A stretch of DNA of 42,795 bases from a virus (lineage: Duplodnaviria > Heunggongvirae > Uroviricota > Caudoviricetes), in IMG/VR virus record IMGVR_UViG_2526164634_000009; one strand, 5' to 3'. The notes under the pieces are model-generated. The model worked only from the letters and a program-made list of their open reading frames with translations, searched no databases and was not told where the DNA came from. Below, piece by piece: positions 38,078-42,795 of this stretch. The position numbers were made by a program, and so were the translations under genes. Position 1 is the stretch's first letter. Every line of letters starts with the position of its first letter.

Positions 38078-39977
38078 TATGATGGCTGCCGTTTCGGTTG
38101 CGCTGCAGCCTCTGGTCAGGGTTGTACCAATGACGGCAGTTGAATGGGCTGATCAAAATTATTATCTGCCTAAAGAATCTTCATATGGTGAGGGAGAATG
38201 GAAAACGCTGCCATTCCAGATCGCCATTATGAACTGTATGGGTAACGACCAGGTTCGCACGGTTAACCTGATTAAATCTGCCCGTGTTGGCTATACAAAG
38301 ATGTTGCTGGGGGTGGTCGGGTATTTTATTGAGCATAAATCCCGAAACAGTCTGCTTTTTCAGCCCACGGATTCTGCCGCTGAAGATTTTATGAAGTCTC
38401 ACGTGGAGGCGACGATTCGGAACGTGCCATGCCTGAAAGACCTTTCCCCATGGCTGGGTCGTAAACATCGTGACAATACTCTCACGCTGAAACGCTTTTC
38501 ATCGGGCGTCGGTTTCTGGTGCCTGGGCGGCGCTGCCGCCAAAAACTACCGTGAAAAATCCGTGGACGTGGTCTGCTATGACGAACTTTCCTCGTTCGAG
38601 CCGGATGTCGAAAAAGAGGGCTCGCCAACCCTGCTGGGGGATAAGCGTATTGAGGGGTCGGTGTGGCCAAAATCCATTCGCGGCTCGACGCCTAAAATCA
38701 AAGGCACCTGCCAGATCGAAAAAGCCGCTAACGAGTCGGCGCATTTTATGCGTTTTTATGTGCCCTGCCCGCACTGTGGGGAGGAGCAGTATCTGAAATT
38801 TGGCGATGAGTCCACGCCTTTTGGGCTTAAATGGGAGAAGGACAGCCCTGAAAGTGTTTTCTACCTCTGTGAACATCATGGCTGCGTGATCCATCAGTCT
38901 GAGCTTGACCAGAGCAACGGGCGGTGGATCTGTGAAAACACGGGCATGTGGACCCGTGACGGTCTGACGTTTTTCAGCGCCCGGGGTGATGAAATTCCGC
39001 CGCCGCGCTCCATCATGTTCCATATCTGGACGGCGTACAGTCCGTTCACCACCTGGGTACAGATTGTCTATGACTGGCTGGATGCACTGAAAGATCCCAA
39101 CGGCCTGAAAACCTTTGTGAACACCACGCTGGGCGAGACCTGGGAAGAGGCCGTGGGCGAAAAACTCGATCACCAGGTACTGATGGATAAGGTGGTGCGT
39201 TACACGGCGGCGGTGCCTGCCCGGGTGGTTTATCTGACGGCGGGCATTGACTCGCAGCGAAACCGTTTTGAGATGTATGTCTGGGGATGGGCTCCGGGAG
39301 AGGAAGCCTTTCTGGTGGATAAAATCATCATTATGGGGCGTCCTGATGAGGAAGAGACGCTGTTACGTGTGGATGCGGCGATCAACAAAAAATACCGCCA
39401 TGCGGATGGCACCGAAATGACTATTTCCCGTGTCTGCTGGGACACCGGGGGGATCGATGGTGAAATTGTTTATCAGAGATCAAAAAAACACGGTGTTTTC
39501 CGGGTGCTGCCGGTAAAAGGCGCATCTGTCTATGGCAAGCCGGTGATCACCATGCCAAAAACCCGCAATCAGCGGGGCGTGTATCTGTGTGAAGTGGGAA
39601 CGGATACCGCAAAAGAAATTCTCTATGCCCGTATGAAAGCCGATCCCACGCCTGCGGATGAAGCCACGTCGTATGCCATCCGTTTTCCTGATGATCCGGA
39701 GATTTTTTCGCAGACAGAGGCGCAGCAACTGGTGGCGGAAGAGCTGGTGGAGAAGTGGGAAAAAGGAAAGATGCGTCTGCTGTGGGATAACAAAAAGCGG
39801 CGTAACGAAGCGCTGGACTGCCTGGTGTATGCCTACGCGGCATTACGTGTGTCCGTGCAACGCTGGCAGCTTGATCTGGCTGTACTGGCAAAATCCCGGG
39901 AAGAAGAGACGACCCGGCCAACCCTGAAAGAACTGGCAGCGAAGCTGTCCGGAGGAGTGAATGGTTACAGTCGCTGA
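38049..39977 (+). CDS. A: Lambda-like terminase large subunit gpA
   Basis: Start at MNISEQQ (38049); conserved terminase blocks including VGYTKMLLGV, GDKRIEGSVWPKSIRGSTPK, WTAYSPFTTWVQIV. Confidence 0.9.
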   Translation: MNISEQQLNNMMAAVSVALQPLVRVVPMTAVEWADQNYYLPKESSYGEGEWKTLPFQIAIMNCMGNDQVRTVNLIKSARVGYTKMLLGVVGYFIEHKSRNSLLFQPTDSAAEDFMKSHVEATIRNVPCLKDLSPWLGRKHRDNTLTLKRFSSGVGFWCLGGAAAKNYREKSVDVVCYDELSSFEPDVEKEGSPTLLGDKRIEGSVWPKSIRGSTPKIKGTCQIEKAANESAHFMRFYVPCPHCGEEQYLKFGDESTPFGLKWEKDSPESVFYLCEHHGCVIHQSELDQSNGRWICENTGMWTRDGLTFFSARGDEIPPPRSIMFHIWTAYSPFTTWVQIVYDWLDALKDPNGLKTFVNTTLGETWEEAVGEKLDHQVLMDKVVRYTAAVPARVVYLTAGIDSQRNRFEMYVWGWAPGEEAFLVDKIIIMGRPDEEETLLRVDAAINKKYRHADGTEMTISRVCWDTGGIDGEIVYQRSKKHGVFRVLPVKGASVYGKPVITMPKTRNQRGVYLCEVGTDTAKEILYARMKADPTPADEATSYAIRFPDDPEIFSQTEAQQLVAEELVEKWEKGKMRLLWDNKKRRNEALDCLVYAYAALRVSVQRWQLDLAVLAKSREEETTRPTLKELAAKLSGGVNGYSR

Positions 39978-40167
39978 ACTGCAGGCGCTGCGTCAGGCGC
40001 GCCTTGATTTATTAACCGGTAAACGGGTGGTGTCTGTCCAGAAAGATGGTCGCAGAATTGAATATACGGCGGCTTCTCTGGATGAGCTTAACCGGGCGAT
40101 CAATGATGCGGAGTCGGTACTGGGGACAACCCGACGTCGCCGTCGTCCGCTGGGAGTGAGGTTATGA
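39961..40167 (+). CDS. W: Head-tail joining protein gpW
   Basis: 68 aa, between A and B. Confidence 0.8.
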   Translation: MVTVAELQALRQARLDLLTGKRVVSVQKDGRRIEYTAASLDELNRAINDAESVLGTTRRRRRPLGVRL

Positions 40168-41756
40168 AACGAACGCCTGTCCTGATTGATGTGAACGGCG
40201 TTCCGCTTCGTGAGAGTCTCAGCTACAACGGGGGCGGCGCAGGATTTGGCGGGCAAATGGCGGAGTGGTTGCCACCGGCGCAGAGTGTCGATGCGGCCCT
40301 GCTGCCCGCGTTGCGTCTGGGGAATGCCCGGGCAGATGATCTGGTGCGCAATAACGGGATAGCGGCCAATGCGGTGGCCCTGCATAAGGATCATATTGTC
40401 GGGCATATGTTTCTGATCAGCTACCGTCCGAACTGGCGCTGGCTGGAGATGCGGGAGACTGCGGCAAAAAGTTTTGTCGATGAGGTGGAGGCGGCCTGGT
40501 CGGAATACGCCGAAGGGATGTCTGGCGAGATCGACGTGGAAGAGAAACGCACGTTTACGGAATTTATTCGTGAAGGTGTGGGCGTTCATGCGTTTAACGG
40601 CGAAATCTTTGTGCAGCCGGTCTGGGATACGGAGAGCACGCAACTGTTTCGTACGCGTTTTAAAGCCGTGAGTCCGAAACGGGTGGACACGCCAGGACAC
40701 GGTATGGGGAACCGTTTTCTGCGGGCCGGTGTGGAGGTCGATCGATATGGCCGTGCCGTTGCGTACCATATCTGTGAGGATGATTTTCCTCGCTCCGGGA
40801 GTGGACGATGGGAACGGATCCCGCGTGAACTTCCCACCGGGCGTCCGGCCATGCTGCATATTTTCGAGCCGGTGGAGGACGGGCAGACCCGTGGGGCTAA
40901 TCAGTTTTACAGCGTCATGGAACGGCTGAAGATGCTGGATTCCCTGCAGGCAACACAGCTTCAGTCGGCCATTGTGAAAGCCATGTATGCAGCGACGATT
41001 GAAAGTGAACTTGATACCGAAAAGGCCTTTGAATATATCGCCGGCGCGCCACAGGAGCAGAAGGATAATCCGCTTATTAATATTCTGGAGAAGTTCTCCA
41101 GCTGGTATGACACGAATAACGTGACACTGGGCGGTGTCAAAATTCCGCACCTTTTCCCTGGTGATGATCTGAAACTACAGACTGCGCAGGATTCAGACAA
41201 TGGATTTTCTGCGCTTGAACAGGCGCTGCTGCGGTATATCGCCGCCGGTCTTGGCGTTTCCTACGAACAGTTGTCCCGTGATTACTCGAAGGTCAGTTAT
41301 TCAAGTGCCAGGGCCTCTGCCAATGAGTCGTGGCGCTATTTTATGGGGCGGCGAAAATTTATTGCGGCCCGGCTGGCCACGCAGATGTTTTCCTGCTGGC
41401 TGGAAGAGGCACTTCTTCGGGGGATTATCCGTCCGCCACGGGCGCGTTTTGATTTTTATCAGGCGCGATCAGCCTGGTCACGGGCAGAGTGGATTGGTGC
41501 CGGAAGAATGGCCATTGACGGGCTCAAGGAGGTTCAGGAATCGGTGATGCGCATTGAGGCCGGACTGAGCACGTATGAGAAAGAGCTGGCGCTGATGGGC
41601 GAGGATTATCAGGACATTTTCCGCCAGCAGGTCAGGGAATCTGCAGAGCGGCAAAAAGCCGGACTCTCACGTCCGGTGTGGATAGCGCAGGCGTATCAGC
41701 AGCAGATAGCGGAGAGTCGCAGGCCGGAAGAGGAGACAACACCACGTGAGACGTAA
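40164..41756 (+). CDS. B: Lambda-like portal protein gpB
   Basis: 530 aa. Confidence 0.9.
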   Translation: MKRTPVLIDVNGVPLRESLSYNGGGAGFGGQMAEWLPPAQSVDAALLPALRLGNARADDLVRNNGIAANAVALHKDHIVGHMFLISYRPNWRWLEMRETAAKSFVDEVEAAWSEYAEGMSGEIDVEEKRTFTEFIREGVGVHAFNGEIFVQPVWDTESTQLFRTRFKAVSPKRVDTPGHGMGNRFLRAGVEVDRYGRAVAYHICEDDFPRSGSGRWERIPRELPTGRPAMLHIFEPVEDGQTRGANQFYSVMERLKMLDSLQATQLQSAIVKAMYAATIESELDTEKAFEYIAGAPQEQKDNPLINILEKFSSWYDTNNVTLGGVKIPHLFPGDDLKLQTAQDSDNGFSALEQALLRYIAAGLGVSYEQLSRDYSKVSYSSARASANESWRYFMGRRKFIAARLATQMFSCWLEEALLRGIIRPPRARFDFYQARSAWSRAEWIGAGRMAIDGLKEVQESVMRIEAGLSTYEKELALMGEDYQDIFRQQVRESAERQKAGLSRPVWIAQAYQQQIAESRRPEEETTPRET

Positions 41757-42795
41757 TCTTTCACACATTATTGCCGCAGCATTCAATGAACCGCTGCTTC
41801 TGGAGCCCGCCTATGCGCGGGTTTTCTTTTGCGCGCTCGGGCGCGAGATGGGGGCAGCAAGTCTTTCGGTACCACAACAGCAGGTACAGTTTGATGCTCC
41901 CCGGAATGCTGGCTGAAACGGACGAGTACATGGCCGGAGGTAAACGACCGGCCCGTGTTTACAGGGTGGTGAACGGTATTGCTGTACTGCCGGTGACCGG
42001 CACGCTGGTGCACCGGCTGGGGGGTATGCGGCCATTTTCCGGAATGACAGGCTATGACGGTATTGTCGCCTGTCTTCAGCAGGCAATGGCGGATAGCCAG
42101 GTGCGGGGCGTACTGCTGGACATTGACAGTCCGGGCGGGCAGGCCGCCGGCGCGTTTGACTGCGCTGACATGATTTACCGCCTCCGTCAGCAGAAGCCGG
42201 TCTGGGCACTGTGCAATGACACGGCCTGTTCTGCAGCCATGCTGCTGGCGTCGGCCTGCTCCCGACGGCTGGTTACCCAGACATCCCGTATCGGCTCCAT
42301 TGGCGTGATGATGAGCCATGTCAGCTATGCCGGTCATCTGGCGCAGGCCGGTGTGGATATCACGCTGATTTACTCAGGGGCGCACAAGGTGGATGGCAAT
42401 CAGTTTGAAGCCTTACCGGCAGAGGTTCGCCAGGACATGCAGCAGCGCATTGATGCGGCGCGCCGGATGTTTGCCGAAAAAGTGGCCATGTTTACCGGTC
42501 TGTCTGTTGATGCCGTCACGGGAACAGAGGCCGCCGTTTTTGAAGGTCAGTCCGGCATTGATGCCGGGCTGGCGGATGAATTAGTCAATGCGTCGGATGC
42601 CATCAGTGTGATGGCCACGGCGCTGAACAGTAATGTCAGAGGAGGCACTATGCCGCAATTAACTGCAACGGAAGCCGCCGCGCAGGAGAACCAGCGAGTG
42701 ATGGGGATCCTGACATGCCAGGAAGCGAAAGGACGTGAACAGCTTGCCACGATGCTGGCAGGACAACAGGGCATGAGCGTTGAACAGGCCCGGGC
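41746..42795 (+). CDS. C: Lambda-like head protease/scaffold gpC, 3' end outside window; apparent +1 frame change near 41880-41915
   Basis: N-terminal 56 codons (VRRNLSHIIAAAFNEPLLLEPAYARVFFCAL...) stop at TGA 41914-41916; remainder (RVVNGIAVLPVTGTLV... to window end) is in the +1 frame. Confidence 0.6.

Noticed and set aside
1-42795. Search for CRISPR arrays, tRNA or rRNA genes, integrase/att sites or toxin-antitoxin pairs
   Set aside because: No regularly spaced direct repeats, no cloverleaf-like conserved tRNA features and no tyrosine or serine integrase ORF were seen; Mu-type elements integrate by transposition, so their absence is expected.

Overview
The window holds two nested prophages, each damaged by later insertions. 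Positions 1 to about 37745 are a Mu-like transposable prophage read on the minus strand (left end near 37745; right end outside the window). Its gene order is colinear with Mu: divergent repressor c and ner, transposase A and B, a semi-essential region with Gam, GemA and Mor, a GH108 muramidase, late activator C, SAR endolysin and overlapping spanins, terminase, portal, head genes F/G/I/T, sheath, tube, tape measure, N/P/baseplate, and a tail fibre with two oppositely oriented Tfa genes and a gix-like inversion site. Two IS elements have landed in it: an IS66-family element (6807-9260, 8-bp duplication) splitting the N-like tail gene, and an IS903-like element (32169-33225, 9-bp duplication) splitting a small zinc-ribbon early gene. 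The Mu-like element itself sits inside the terminase small-subunit gene (nu1) of a lambda-like prophage, whose nu1 3' remnant, A, W, B and a frameshifted C occupy 37742-42795 on the plus strand. I found no CRISPR array, tRNA or rRNA gene, and no recognisable defence system; the least-explained loci are a plus-strand ORF antisense to the early operon and the block of unassigned early genes. All protein-family calls come from reading the supplied translations against remembered families and were not checked by any search.
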